Below, in pieces: positions 24,200-37,629 of a stretch of DNA of 64,000 nucleotides. Numbering within the stretch: the first letter of the stretch is position 1; each line of letters begins with the position of its first letter. The notes below the pieces were generated by a model, which saw nothing but the letters and a program-made list of their open reading frames with translations, had not been told where the DNA came from and did no database searches. Origin of the DNA: Octopus sinensis (Eukaryota). The translations under genes and the position numbers were made by a program. The stretch is taken from contig NC_043005.1 in NCBI RefSeq assembly GCF_006345805.1, forward strand, positions 4,712,001 through 4,776,000. The letters run 5' to 3'.

Positions 24200-26650
24200 A
24201 ATGTCATTCTAAAAACAGAGATGGTAACAGTAACAGAATAGGTGGTGTGGGTATACTCCTTGCTGAGAAATGGGTGGATAAGGTCATAGAGGTAGTTAGA
24301 GGAAGCAATAAAGTACTTAAGCTCAAGCTAGTCTTGCAGAATAGTATAGCTACAATTATATCTGCCTACACCCTACAAGTGGGCATCCAAAATGAAGAGA
24401 AGGACCACTTTTATGATATTCCTCTGCAAGCTCCCTCCAAGACAAGTGACAATGATCTCATCTTTGTGACGGAGATTTCAATGGGCATATCAGACGGCAG
24501 CCCGGTATCTATCATGGTGTTCATGGAATCAGCTCCTGAAACGAAGAGGGAACAAGGCTACTGGAGTTCTGCGATGTGAATGAATAATCTTTTAATCTGC
24601 AACACCAACTTCAAGAAGCCAGCCAGCCACCTGATAACCTATCAATCAGGTGACTCTGCAAGCCAGATGGATTTCATCCTCACCAGACAGCAGGATGCAG
24701 CGTTGCTCTTAAATACAATGACCTTCCCTGGTGAAGAATGTACCCTCCAGCATAGACTAGTCATTAACAACTTTAGACTCCAGGCCAGAACGATGCCAAG
24801 AAGCAGACCAATCTGGAAAAGAAGGATTTGAAAGCTTAAGGACCTTTCATATGGTCAGAGATTTAGGGACATCGTAATTGAGGAATTTGATGAAGGGGAA
24901 GAGCAGCGACAAACTTGTGACATAGAGAGCATCTGGAAATTCCTGAAGGACAGCTTGCTGAGTGCCACAGGCCAAATCTGTGGCTGGTGCAAAGTCCCTT
25001 CCAGACCTAGGGTAATGTGGTGGTGGAACAATACCATAGAGAGAGCCATTAGAGCAAAGAAACAGGCCTGGAAGAGTGGGGACAGCAGGGAACTGTATTA
25101 GACAGCCAAAAGAGAAGCTAGGAGACAAGTATATCTAACCATAGGAGAAGCAGATAGTAAGTTTGTCTATGTTCAGCACTGCAAGGACCAGCAAACTGAA
25201 GTATTTTGGATTGCAAAATAGTGTGTGAGAGAAAATTGTGATGTCATAGGAGAGAAACGTGTCCGTACGGATGATGGTGCACTTGCTTTCAATGTTTCTG
25301 AAAAGAAAGAAGCTTGGAGAAGCCATTATGAGAGACTGCTGAATGTGGAGAATGAATGGGAGGAGGAGAGTCTGTCAAATATTGACCCAACTGAAGGACC
25401 AACTGTCCGAAATGACAGTACCCTGATAGATAAAGCAATTAAGGATATGAAGACAGGGAAATTCCCCGGCCCATCAGGAATCACTGCTGAGATGCTTAAA
25501 ATATCCGGCAGTGTTGGTTATGGTCTAGTCACCCGTATTGTAAATCAGGTGGTTCACGAAGGAGTCGTACCCAATGACTGGTGTAGCAGCACCATAGTCA
25601 ACTACTACAAGGGTGAAGGTGATGAAAGTTGTGGAGAGAGTCATAGCCCAACTAATCAGGGAGAGAGTTAGTCTAGATGAGATGCAGTTTGGCTTTGTGC
25701 CAGGTAGAAGCACCACTGATGCTATATTCCCGGTAAGGCAACTACAGGAGAAATACCTAGCCAATGATAAACCCCTGTACTTGGCTTTTGTTGACTTGGA
25801 GAAAGCCTTTGACAGGGTACCCTGATCTGTTATCTAGTGGTCAATGCGGAAACTAGGGATAGACGAGTGGTTAGTGAGAGCTGTACAAGCCTTGTACAGG
25901 GACAGTACCAGTAAGGTGAGGGTGGGCAATGAATACAGCAAAGAATTCAGGGTACAAATAGGGGTTCACCAAGGATTGGTGCTCAGCCCCCTCTTGTTCA
26001 TCATAGTCCTCCAGGCAATAACAGAGAAATTCAAGACAGGCTGCCCCTGGGAGCTCCTCTATGCTGGTGACCTTGCTCTTATAGCTGAGTCACTACTTGA
26101 GCTAGAGAAGTTCCAGGTTTGGAAGTAAGGTCTACAATCAAAGGTCCTTAGAGTTAACCTAGCAAAGACCAAAGTCATAGTAAGTAGGAAGGCAGACAAA
26201 TCACAAGTCCCCTCAGGCTCTGCTCCATCTGTAGAAAAGATATAGGTAGAAATTCCATAAGATGCACCCAGTTTAAGCTTCGGACACAAAAGGTGCAGCA
26301 ACATCAAAGGAAGGTTTTACAGAGAAACTAACGTTTGTATGTGAAATGTGCTAAACATGTGCAGAAAATAGAATCCATCAATTGCCAGGGGACGAAGGTA
26401 GGGGCAGTAGATGGCTTCTGGTATTTAGGCAACCGGGTGAGTAGTGGAGGTGGTTGATCCGAGAGGATAGCTGTGAGAATAAGTTTAGGCTGGGCAAAGT
26501 TCAGAGAGCTCCTACCCCTGCTGGCAACAAAGGGCCTCTCTCTCAGAGTGAGAGGCAGATTGTTTGATGCCTGTGTGTGAACAGCTGTGCTGCATGGCAG
26601 TGAAACATGGGCCGTGACAGGCGAGGACATGCGTAGGCTTGAGAGAAATG
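24200..26650 (+). mobile_element. Decayed RTE-clade LINE (endonuclease + RT), in USP14 intron 1
   Basis: Broken frames: GVGILLAEKW, IISAYTLQ, NTNFKK...SQMDFIL (APE endonuclease); QFGFVPGRSTTDAIF, AFVDLEKAFDRVP, GVHQGLVLSPLLF, LLYAGD and MLHGSETW (RT). Confidence 0.9.
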
Positions 26651-28380
26651 CCATTTTTGTTGTTTTATCAGAGACATTATATCTAGGACCAAATTATACA
26701 AGTATTGTTTTTGTTATGACTGATTTGAGAGTTTTGGTTACTATTTCTAACAAATTGAGCAGCCAAGTACAGGCTTCCTTGTTGGTTTGTGAAAGTACCA
26801 GTAATATATTTAGGTTGAATCCCGATTTAATCAACTATAACATATCTCCTACAAAACTTGCCTTGCTTTATCAATGCTGAGGAACAGACATACCCTACTG
26901 GACAAACAGAAGGATACTTCTGCATAAACATACAAACTACTAGAAATAGCAGCTAAATCTCCCTTAAGAAAAAAACAACTATTCTAACATTTGCAGAAGG
27001 CAAGGAGAATACATTAGACAATAGAAGATGTTAGCCTAAATAGATGGAACAGTAACAGTTGGAATGCTTTTGATCATAGGACCAATAGCTCTAAGATCAA
27101 AGGTATTTTATGAGTGACCATCCCGTATTTTCAGACATAGTCCACTTCAGACTACATCATCCAACATGTCCTTTAAGGCGATAGAGACTGAGTTGAAATT
27201 TGGCTGCTGTTTCTAGCAGGTCGAACAACCACATACAGGCGCTTCGTTGACTGTGTGTGTAACTAAGTAACAAATCAATCGAAGGCCGACTCCCTAATGC
27301 AATAAAGTCTTGCTTTTTACTCATTCCAACATCAAACGGGGGGGGGGCACACCCCACCCTGCCAAAACGGAAAACGATCAGATCCCCCACCCCATCGGCC
27401 AAACTGGTTGACAGTGTGTGTCTGGGATATTTGTTTGGACAGCTACGACTAACCAGAGAGAACAACGAATTATTGATTTCTTATATAACAACTACGAAGA
27501 TGCAGAATTATAGAGAAGAGGCTGACAGAGTGGAACCAGCGGCTTCTGTGGTACTCATGCCTTTCTCGACAAATCTAGTAACCTCTCGAAACACACCCAC
27601 ACAGATCACCGGCTGCCGACTTTGTTCCTTCACACCGCTCAGAAAAAATAGTTTCTAATGAAATCGTCTACAAATACCTTTCAAATGAAGTAGGTTACCA
27701 CTGGATCGAAGAAATTTAATGTGGAAAAAAAGAAAGAAAAATTGGTGGGCGAGCACACATTACATTACTTTGGGTTTTTTTAAAATTTCAAGTATCAATT
27801 TGGAGATAAGTGATGTATGTCAGCATATATGGGTGCGCACCCACTTTTTTTTCCTTTTTCTTTTTTGCATTAAATCCTGATAACGAAATTTACACCATCT
27901 GAAAGGTATTTGTAGAAAAGTTCATTTTTCTGAAAGTTATGAGGAAACAAAGTCGATGGGGGAAGGTACATTTGTGTAGTTATGCCCAATCCGAAATGAA
28001 TTAAAAACTGATTTCGCTCGAAAATAGTAAGAGTCAGTCAATCTCTCATTTTCTCTCTCTCTATATATAAAACACACACAAAGGACTATTCATTCCCACA
28101 GTAATGTGCACCATGACATGGTTTCATACTTTTACGACAAACAAATTTCGCATCAACAAAACTTATACATAAACTAATAGGGAACGTAGTACAAACAGAA
28201 ACGTTGAGAGTTCAATTCTATTCGGGTTTACTTGCATTCCGTCCTTTTGAAAATGCTAAAATAATAATAAAAAAGAGGTTCCCGCGATCTACGAATCTCG
28301 CCATACACCACTTCAGTGATAACGACAGGACTTAGGCAAAGAAATCACATGCACATACACACAGGTCTGCATCGTTTTAG

Positions 28381-28417
<37 letters not shown>

Positions 28418-30092
28418 ACGATATCAAGTCAGACAGCATAAAGTACCCAAACATACATCATAAATAAGCGGGACCTGACGGTTCCTTGTCGAGAATCCGA
28501 TGCTGAATTAGTCATACCTCCTGTTCAGGTAACAACCATATCCGAAAACCTTAAACGAGTCAATCTTTTGGTATAAAGGAAACGTATTTAGACTTGCTTT
28601 TCTTTTGTCATGTATGTTTTTTAATCAATGAAGAAAGATTCTCCTAAAAGCCGACTAATTTGTAATGAGTTCTTGCAGTTATATTAAGATAATTTCCAAT
28701 TTAATGGTTGGATAGTCTCGTTTTATAGCCCTAAATTCGAATTAGTCTTTTGACTGTACTTTTACCTCAAGATACTGTATGTGTGTAAAATCATTGAAAA
28801 AAATGCTTCCCCTCCATTAAATGTTCACATAATTTTAATCTATACCCTCGAGAAAGTATCTGCAAAATTTCATTTAAGAATATGTACTTCTCAGAAAGTT
28901 ACAAGGAAACTAAGTCGTTGGGGCGCTAAACTGTAGGTATGCCTTTAATCAATGGGATATACGCTAGCTATATTGCAAAATGTTAAACGATATCTACAGA
29001 AAACTAGAATCTGTTGCTAGAGAAAGCTGCCCAATTGAAGATAATTTATCGGTTCAAAGATGGACTCTATTTGACATAGATTAAGGATATCCTCACCTTG
29101 AAGACCCTAAATTCTAAAGACTGTGCTTTTACTCATGTAGATATAAATGCGTGAAGAAATGAATGTTTTCTTTTCATTCATCTCATATTTGTATCAACTA
29201 GTTTCTCTTATGAATCTCTATCTCGATATAAGCATGTGTAAAGTGCGATTCTGAATTGAAATGGGTAAAGAAGAACGACTCGAAACTTCTTCAAACATTT
29301 CTTTTTCCAAATTACATCAACACACTTGTGATCTACATCCCCGAAAACACTATTCTGCAAAATTTTAGTCAAAAACAAGTTTTTTTTCGGAAAGTTTCGA
29401 GGCAACAAAGTCGATGGGGCACCAATCTGTAGTTATAGATACACACACTCACTCCAACACTATTTACAATGGAATAAATGACCAAAATAAATAGAATTCA
29501 CAGAGAAGCAACGAGTAAACTTGTTACTCATTTTTTAAAAAGAATTTCTCCTTAAAATGATAATGGTGTTGGTTTAAATAACGAGTGAGGATGAAAGATG
29601 GTAGCAGATGAAATGGTGAGGTCCAAGGAGGGGAGAAAACGGTTACAAGACCCAACTGTGAATTGAACAAGACTAACGAAACAATGATTTCGGCATCACA
29701 ACTTCCCAGGACAAACATATGGAGAAATATTTAAGAAAAATGGTTAAGTTTTTAAATAATAAAGTCGGTTAGTATGTGTGTGTATGCACACATATATATA
29801 TGAATGAACGTATAGAAATAAGTACATATATACACAGATACTTATGCCAACATCCGTGTGTAAACGTAGTATATGAATGTATATAAACATATATACAGGT
29901 ATATATATATATGTATATATATTGGAAGGTTTGGAGATGATGTCCAGGTATTTTATATTAGAAGAAATGAGGTTCTCAGAAATTCGGATGGTTTTATATT
30001 TACAGATATTTATTTGTATATTACATGTTTTTATACATCATATAACATATATTAGCGCTTTCTCCCATTCTAGTGGACTTTTCAAATTGAAG

Positions 30093-30128
<36 letters not shown>

Positions 30129-30519
30129 AACACATATATACAAATATATATTATATATATGTGTGTATATACACACATATATAGCTATACATATACCTAC
30201 GTGTACACTATGGAAGCCGGACGTTAATTGATAATACATTACATATAATACATATATATATATATACATACATACATTATAAAATATAAGTCCCATGCAA
30301 ACACACAGACAAACACACAGACACACACACAGACACTGTTGGCTGTTGTTAAATGAAATTGCGGGACAAATACGGAGCAGACATAAAAGCGAGGAAAAGG
30401 TTAAGAGATGGCTTTTCTCTGGCCATTTATTCACGGGTGAAAGGTTCCACCCCGTGAATATAGTGCAGAGAATGAATTAGCGGTGACACAAGGACAATCT
30501 AAAGCGTGAAGGGGTTTAC

Positions 30520-30535
30520 CTTTGTAGGTCGGCAT
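30520..30535 (-). CDS. USP14: USP14 coding exon 1 (MPTYK + first base of V)
   Basis: The minus strand reads ATG CCG ACC TAC AAA G|gtaaac. The phase-1 end joins exon 2 (G|TT = Val), giving MPTYKVHVKWGKEKF, which resembles the USP14/Ubp6 N-terminus. A GC-rich promoter-like patch lies just upstream. Confidence 0.88.
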
Positions 30536-30554
30536 TTTTGTCCCTTTAAAGAAA

Positions 30555-30612
30555 CCGAGTCACATGCGGGCGCGCGCACAGGAACACCAGCTTCGACGCA
30601 TGCGTGCTGGAC
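30555..30612 (-). promoter_or_regulatory. USP14 proximal promoter-like GC/CpG patch
   Basis: TGCGGGCGCGCGCA and the palindrome ACGCATGCGT (30596-30605, NRF1/Ewg-like GCATGC core) lie 30-70 bp upstream of the ATG in otherwise AT-rich DNA. The TSS was not determined. Confidence 0.5.
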
Positions 30613-32644
30613 TTGCATTACAGCCAAAATGTGTCGTGGCTTTATTAACGAAACGTAATCTCGTGTTTTGAACAAACGAGGTTGACTTTGCCTTTCATCC
30701 TTTCGGCGGTCGATAAATTAAGTACCAGTTACGCACTGGAGTAGATGTAATCGACTTAATCCGTTTGTCTTCTCTATGTTTAGCCCCTTGTGGGTAGTAA
30801 AAAAAAAAATATTTGATGGGTTCGTGGTGGAGGGGGGGCGTGAGGATGGAAGTAGGTATTGTTCTGTTTTCGTTTCAGTCACGTTTTAAGGGTGATTTAT
30901 GGAATATTAGGTAATCTTTCGGTTTATGATCACGAAGTGAAAGCGGGAAAATTATTGTTTAGTAATAGGCATTGAAATTTTGAAAAAATAACTTAAATTT
31001 TGGAAAACAAATGAAATTTTTTTTTTTTAAATTGAAATTTTTGGGGAAAAAAATGCAATTTTGAAAATTAATATCTTCAGTACCGAAGTATCCATATTTT
31101 AAAACTGAAATCCCCAGAAAAAAATTTTAATTAAAAAGAAAAAACTGAGACAGGAAAGCGATTAAATTTTTTAATTTTCATTTATTTTTTTTAGTTTTGT
31201 GGAAGCATAATCTTTACTTATGAAAACATAAGAATCCAAAGACATTGATCAAAAACTTGAGGTGGGTCGTCTATTTGACATGTTCACCTGGATATCACTG
31301 GAAATATCAATATTTTCCATTATTAGCGACAGAAGCAGAATTACTACCAAATGTAACCTTTATGTCCAACTTAACATGGATGACTTGTTAGAACACCAAA
31401 TACTGCATTATTAGCCACGAGAGATCCTCTCACATAGGTGCTTTGTTCATTAAAGCCCACGCATAGATCATAGCAGAAGAGAATCTTCTGTTGTGGGCAC
31501 CAAAATTCTTGTATCATGTGATATCATTCTTTTGGAAATCATCAGAGGGAGGCGTCTGTCATTGCATGTCAGTCAAATCTCACTGCTACCATATATAAGA
31601 ATATTGGCATCTTTTCCAGCACTGATGTCACAATATTTTCATTTCCAGTTTGTGATCTCAGGCTGAAAGCATACTATATGTTAAAAATCAATTCTACTAC
31701 TTGACTCATGATTTATTTTACCTTTTCTTTTGCTTATTGAACTGCGACCATACTGGAGCAGAGCCTTGGAGAATGTTTTGGTTGAACAAATCAACCACAG
31801 AACTTATTTCTTTTCTGCCCACAAGGGGCTAAACACAGAGGGGACAAACAGATTAAGTCGATTACATTGACCCCAGTGCGTAACTGGTACTTATTGAATC
31901 AACCCTGAAAGGCAAAGTTGACCTCGGTGGAATTTGAACTCAGAACGTAGCGGCAGACAAAATACCACTAAGCATTTCGCCTGACATGCTAACGTTTCTT
32001 ATTTCTTTACTGCCCACAAGGGGTTAAACATAGAAGGGACAAACAAGAACAGACAAACAGATTAAATCGATTATATCAACCCCAGTGCATAACTGGTACT
32101 TACTTATTTCATCGACTCCGAAAGGATGAAAGGCAAAGTCGACCTCAGTGGAATTTGAACTTAGAACATAAAGACAGACGAAATACTGCTAAGCATTTCG
32201 CCCGGCATGCTAACGTTTCTGTCAACTTGCCGCCTTACCTGGCACTCATTCTATCGGTCTCTTTTTCCAAACCACTAAGCTATGGGGACATAAACACACC
32301 AACACAGGTTGTCAAGTCGTGGTGGCGGACAAACACAAACACTCATACACATGATGAGCTCCTTTCAGTTTCCATCTTCCAAATCCTCTCACAAGTTTTT
32401 GGTTCACCTGAGGCTATAGTAGAAGACATTTGTTCAAGGGCTTAGAAATAGACTAAGAATAAGCCTTTGAACATTTTTTCAATCAACGTATCCCTCTCTA
32501 CTTGTTCTCTACTTTAACCCTTCTCTTCCTACTATCTATCATTGTCGTCAAATCTACTAACGGTTTTTTCAAATACTTAATGACGTTCTGTTTATCATTT
32601 AGGCAGTCATCGTAATTGTTATAATGTCTTGTTGAGATAGGCTC

Positions 32645-32737
32645 TCTTTCTTTCCTGATAAGAAGATTGCATTTTACATCGCTTATTCCTTTGGAATAAA
32701 ACAATGTTGTCTTCGAAACATATGTCGAAAGTAAAGG
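32645..32737 (+). ncRNA. Degenerate type I hammerhead fold (core G8 to A)
   Basis: Stem I CUUUC/GAAAG plus a bulged 5-bp extension; core CUGAUAA (32655-32661); stem II GAAGA/UCUUC, extended and capped by a UUAUUCC/GGAAUAA hairpin; then GAAA-C AUAU G-UC^ with a palindromic loop III. Confidence 0.6.
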
Positions 32738-32929
32738 AATTTTGTTAACATCTTCGTTCAACTCCATTTATTTATTTATTCATATATAACACACAAATTT
32801 CTGCACCTGAACCCGGAGTTTCTACCCTTGGACAAGTCGCTTCAACCGTGTTTCTGACGTGAATTTGCTACCCTGGTATCGGTTCATCGAATTTTCCATG
32901 TTGACAGTAAACATAGGATAATTCATTCA

Positions 32930-32986
<57 letters not shown>

Positions 32987-32989
32987 ATG

Positions 32990-33051
<62 letters not shown>

Positions 33052-33989
33052 TGTATGTATATAGATAGATAGATGGACACATTCTCATATATGTTGCTAT
33101 AACAACATCTCTGGTTATTAAAGAAGGGAGATTTTTAGTTTAAATTTTTTCGTTTGATGGAGACTCATCGTTTTGTCAATGGACCTGGAAGTTGTTTGCA
33201 AACAGCAGCAGTAATTTTCTCCAGCTGAATACACATCATTGATTGGTTAAAATTACCCAAATACGACAACTTTAACACGAGATAACTTCTAAGATACAAA
33301 ATTTTGTCAAAAACATTAAGAGTAAACCCTGTTCCATGTGACACATTCTTTCAGTATCCGAATTTTCAAAGTGTTTAGTTAAAAAAATTAATAAAAAAAT
33401 CTGTCCGTCAAATTGAATAGATCCAATTTTTGCAAATTTGTATTCTACACATGGTAATTCATATGATCGTGCACAAACCAAAACCATCAATTTGGGTGTG
33501 CATGAGTCAAGACCTACTTAGTTGTTATTTTTAGCACACCTCCCTACCACCTCGATAGGTAGAATATATTTGTAAGTATGTGCTTTTTAGCAAAGAGGTT
33601 CTCATGCTTGGTTTGTTACTATGGAAACAGGCATGAATGAGTCTGTGGCTTACGATTGGCTAAAATTACCAAAAATATTCAAACTTTAAAAGCTATTAAC
33701 TTCTTATTTATTGATTTATTGCGAAAATGAATTTCATGGCATTGATCAGTATATAAAACTACATCATTACACAGAATATGAAATGAATTCGAACAGAAAT
33801 TGAAGAGATGGATAATTGGCGGCCAAAGAGAAAAGATCATGGTTTTCATCTTGAATCTATTCTTGGACAACAATTCACAAAATTTTCTTTTACGAATTTT
33901 ATTAACAAGAAATAAAAAGAATTAAATCTAAAAGTGCTCTCCAAATTAAAATCAAGGAAAGATAACTGTACTACAATCCTTACCGGTGT

Positions 33990-34032
33990 TGATTACCTCC
34001 CTTCCGCCTCCTGTTCGACCGCCATTTACAAC
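33990..34032 (+). promoter_or_regulatory. MAGOH 5' region with pyrimidine tract and YY1-like site
   Basis: CCTCCCTTCCGCCTCC is followed by CCGCCATTT (34019-34027, YY1-like CGCCAT.TT) just before the ATG. Motif match only. Confidence 0.4.
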
Positions 34033-34126
34033 ATGGGTTCCAGTTCGGATTTTTACCTCCGTTATTATGTTGGACATAAAGGGAAATTTGGGCACGAATT
34101 TTTGGAATTTGAATTCCGACCCGATG
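34033..34126 (+). CDS. MAGOH: Mago nashi (EJC core) coding exon 1
   Basis: 94 nt from the ATG, encoding [31 protein letters not shown] + G|gtaaat, the highly conserved Mago N-terminus. Confidence 0.98.
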
Positions 34127-34234
34127 GTAAATAATCCTAGACAACTAATCATACTTTGTTTGTTATGTAATTTTTTGTTTCTTTCTCTCTTAATGAAATC
34201 ATTTGCAAATTAGTTCCAAACTTATAAAGACTTC

Positions 34235-34289
<55 letters not shown>

Positions 34290-34372
34290 GTATGTGTATA
34301 TATACCTGTTATAATTTGTTATTTTTCTTGAGATTTATGAGTACCCTATATGAAATATAGGGTACTACTTGA

Positions 34373-34553
34373 GAACAGTGGTCCCGGTGCGCGTACTCGC
34401 GTATCCGTGCCAGCTAGTCATGACTAGTCGATCCTTTGTGTTTTGTGTTATTTACTTTAACAAAAATTACATTTTTTTGTTTTATTTACTTTGCTAGGTA
34501 GTCGTTGTAGGATCGACTAGTCACGACTAGCTAGCGCACCGGGACCACTGTTC
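34373..34553. repeat. GC-rich inverted-repeat element, in MAGOH intron 1
   Basis: gaacagtggtcccggtgcgc pairs with gcgcaccgggaccactgttc, and gctagtcatgactagtcgatcct pairs with aggatcgactagtcacgactagc, around a T-rich spacer. Confidence 0.85.
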
Positions 34554-37195
34554 GCTACTAGTACCACGGTCGCTCGACGTCGTCACTAAATCTCAAATCA
34601 AACCATTTTATTCCGCATAAACGAAATCAAAAACCGTAGTCGTAGAAAACCTTTAAAAATATGGAATGTTGTTGGTTGAGATGCTTTTGGTCAGAGGTTT
34701 GCTTAATCGAGATTAATCTGGGGCGAAATCACAGAATATAATTTAATATATCCTGGATTCAACTGTGATGTGAAGTTATCTGAGACGTCAATTATTGTGT
34801 TGCCGGTTCGATTCTTGGCCAGACCAGAAGTAGCAAAAAGCAATTAAATATTTTAAGAGTTTATTTATTCGTCTAAAAACTTATCAATTAATAAACAACA
34901 TCCATCCATCTGTCTATCTATCTATCTATCTATCCATCTATGTCTCTTTGTCTATCTACCTGTCTATCTATCAACCTACCTGTCTGTCTATCTATGAACC
35001 TACCTGTCTGTCTGTCTATCGCAACTAAAGTATGGCCCCTCCCCGCCAACTCGGTTTTGTTTATGCAGAGAGACATTCTAGATGGTGTAGATAATGATTA
35101 TATGGGTGGAAATGTTGAGAAATTGGTTGTTTTCTTTATGAAAGATTGTTTTCCTGCCTCTCATCACACATGAAACTTTCCAGAGATATGTTGTTTTCGA
35201 TGGTGTACTTTATTATTTAAAATATCATTTTTTTAAAAGCTTTTATATAGATAATCGTATTCTACACTCTCCAAACTAAATTTCCCCGAAACTTTCACCA
35301 AAGAATATGCATTCTTAAGAAAGTTATGAGGAAACAAAATCGAGGGTATACTTCTGTACAGCCAGAGGACCTGGGTGAAGTATGATCCAAAACTCCTTCA
35401 AAAACGTCGTTTTTTAATATTATCAACATAATCGTGATCTACAGTTTCGAAAACGTATCTCTGCAAAATTTCAAGAAAAAATTCGCGTTTTTCAGAAAGT
35501 TATGAGGAAACAAAGTCGATGTGTGTGTGTATGGGATAGTGTCACCAATTTGTTGCTATGTCCAGACTAAACGGATTCCCGAATTCCTGATTGGTGAATC
35601 AAAGGCAAGACGAAGTGCTTCCTTAATTATACCCTTGAAAACAATCAAGAAATTTGTTTAGTGTTTACAACTGTAAAATTACCTACAATGCAGATGCAGA
35701 CATAACTGTTTGGTTAAGAAGCTTGTGTTGCAACCATGTGGCCTGTTTGAACATAAAAGAGGCAGAATATTTGGGCTGGATGTGGCCGGTTTAAATGCTA
35801 ATGGGTTAAAGCAGTGCTCCACAAGCGGTGTGCCATGGCACACTCGTGTGCCGCAGTGTAACCTGAATATAATTTTCCCCCCATACTTCTAAGTTATATT
35901 TTTAGTTCAGGTGTGTTGCTGAGTTTTGAAAAGAATATAAGTGTACCATCATCATCATCATCATCATTTAATGTCCATTTTCCATGCTGGCATGGGTTGA
36001 ACGGTTAGACTGAGGTCTGGAGAGCCAGCGGCTGCACAAGGCTCCAATCTGATTTGGCAGTCTGATCTGCCCTTCCTAACGCCAACCACTCTGAGAGTGT
36101 AGTGGGTGCTTTTTACATGCCAACAGCACAGGAGCCAATCAGGTGGGCCTAGCATCGATCACGTTAGGATGGTGCTTTTTACATGCCACAGGCATAAGTG
36201 CCAGTCAGTGGGCACTGGCATCAGCCATGATCAGTTGGTGCTTTTTACGTGCCACAGGCACAAGTGCCAGTCAGGCAGACCTGGCATCAACCATGTTCGG
36301 ACAGTGCTTTTTATGTGCCATCGGCACTGGAGCCAGTCTGGTGGACCTAGCATCAACTGCAAGTGAAAAAATGCTGTGGAGCACTGGGTTAAAGGGAGAG
36401 ATGACTCCCTGGACCCTGGCTTCTCTGGAGCAATTAAATTATTGGAACAATTGCTAGAGAAAGTGATATAAAGAAGAAAGTGAAAACTGAAATGCTCTTT
36501 GGATTTACGTCAGGGAGAGGAATGGAGATGGTCACAGGAGAAGAATAGGGACATAAGAAAGATGTTGTTTTGGTGGGGTGTGTTGACCTGGAGAAATTAG
36601 ACAAGACACGTTTGGTTGAGAGTATTTATTTACAGCTGACAATTCACTCTCGGTTTCTTGATGTGTGATAAAACCAACACAAGCATGTGAGCAACCCAGA
36701 GTTGTGATAAACTGAGTTATTAGTTTCAAACAAATGAATCTACCTGCATACATCCATCTGTCCATTAATCAATCAATCAGCCATTCATTCAGTCATTGAT
36801 CAGCAACATCATCTTTCTATGCTTGCATGGATCAAACAAGATTATGTTGGAGCTGAGATTTCTTTGCTCAGACGCCCCTCCTGAGACCACCTCTCACCTC
36901 TTTCCAAACAAAGTAAGAATCCCTTTGCCAATTGGATGCTGAGTAACCCAGATATGCTTTTGTTGTGGACTGCTATTGTTTACAGTGAACTAGAAACAAG
37001 TAAAGACGAGAGGTAATATGAACACACACACACACAACGGGCTTCTTCAGTTTCCATCTACCAAGATATTGACCCATGGGTATCATATAGGACACAAGCC
37101 AGTGGTGTCCATGGAGTAGAACTGAACCTAAAACCATGTGGTACCAAGGTGAACTTCTTAACCACACAATCATGGCTGTACCTGTATCTGTGTAT

Positions 37196-37231
<36 letters not shown>

Positions 37232-37311
37232 GTGTTGTTCTGTGATGTTTCCCTTGCCTTTCTCTGCCTAAAAAAAAGACTAACCATTTATTTAAACATT
37301 TCTATTTTCAG

Positions 37312-37370
37312 GTAAACTGCGCTATGCCAACAACTCCAATTACAAAAATGATACTATGATTAGGAAAGAA
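37312..37370 (+). CDS. MAGOH: Mago nashi coding exon 2
   Basis: ttttcag|59 nt encoding (G)[19 protein letters not shown]|gtaagt. Confidence 0.98.
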
Positions 37371-37629
37371 GTAAGTAAACCAAATCATTGGAAATGACTG
37401 GAATGACCAATACAGGGTGGGTTAGCAGGGAATCTGTATACACACAGCCATGTCCTTGGGTGTATTTAGACTCCTTGTGAAATTAGGTCTGTAAAAGGTT
37501 TGGTGTATGTGTGTGGTGGGGTGCAGCTTAGGATGAGGGTTAAACTAACCAGTTTTATTTAACAATTCATCTAGATTCACTCATCTCTCCTGCCAAAGAT
37601 GTCCTGGGTTCTATTTCACACTGGTATTA

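Noticed and set aside
28505-28540. Alternative USP14 first exon (minus strand ATGGTTGTTACC...GAG|gtatga)
   Set aside because: An in-frame TGA follows four codons; 30520-30535 gives the expected MPTYKV with the right phase.
32498-32767. 89-aa minus-strand ORF
   Set aside because: No recognisable domain; it is antisense to the hammerhead-like fold and is better explained as repeat-derived.
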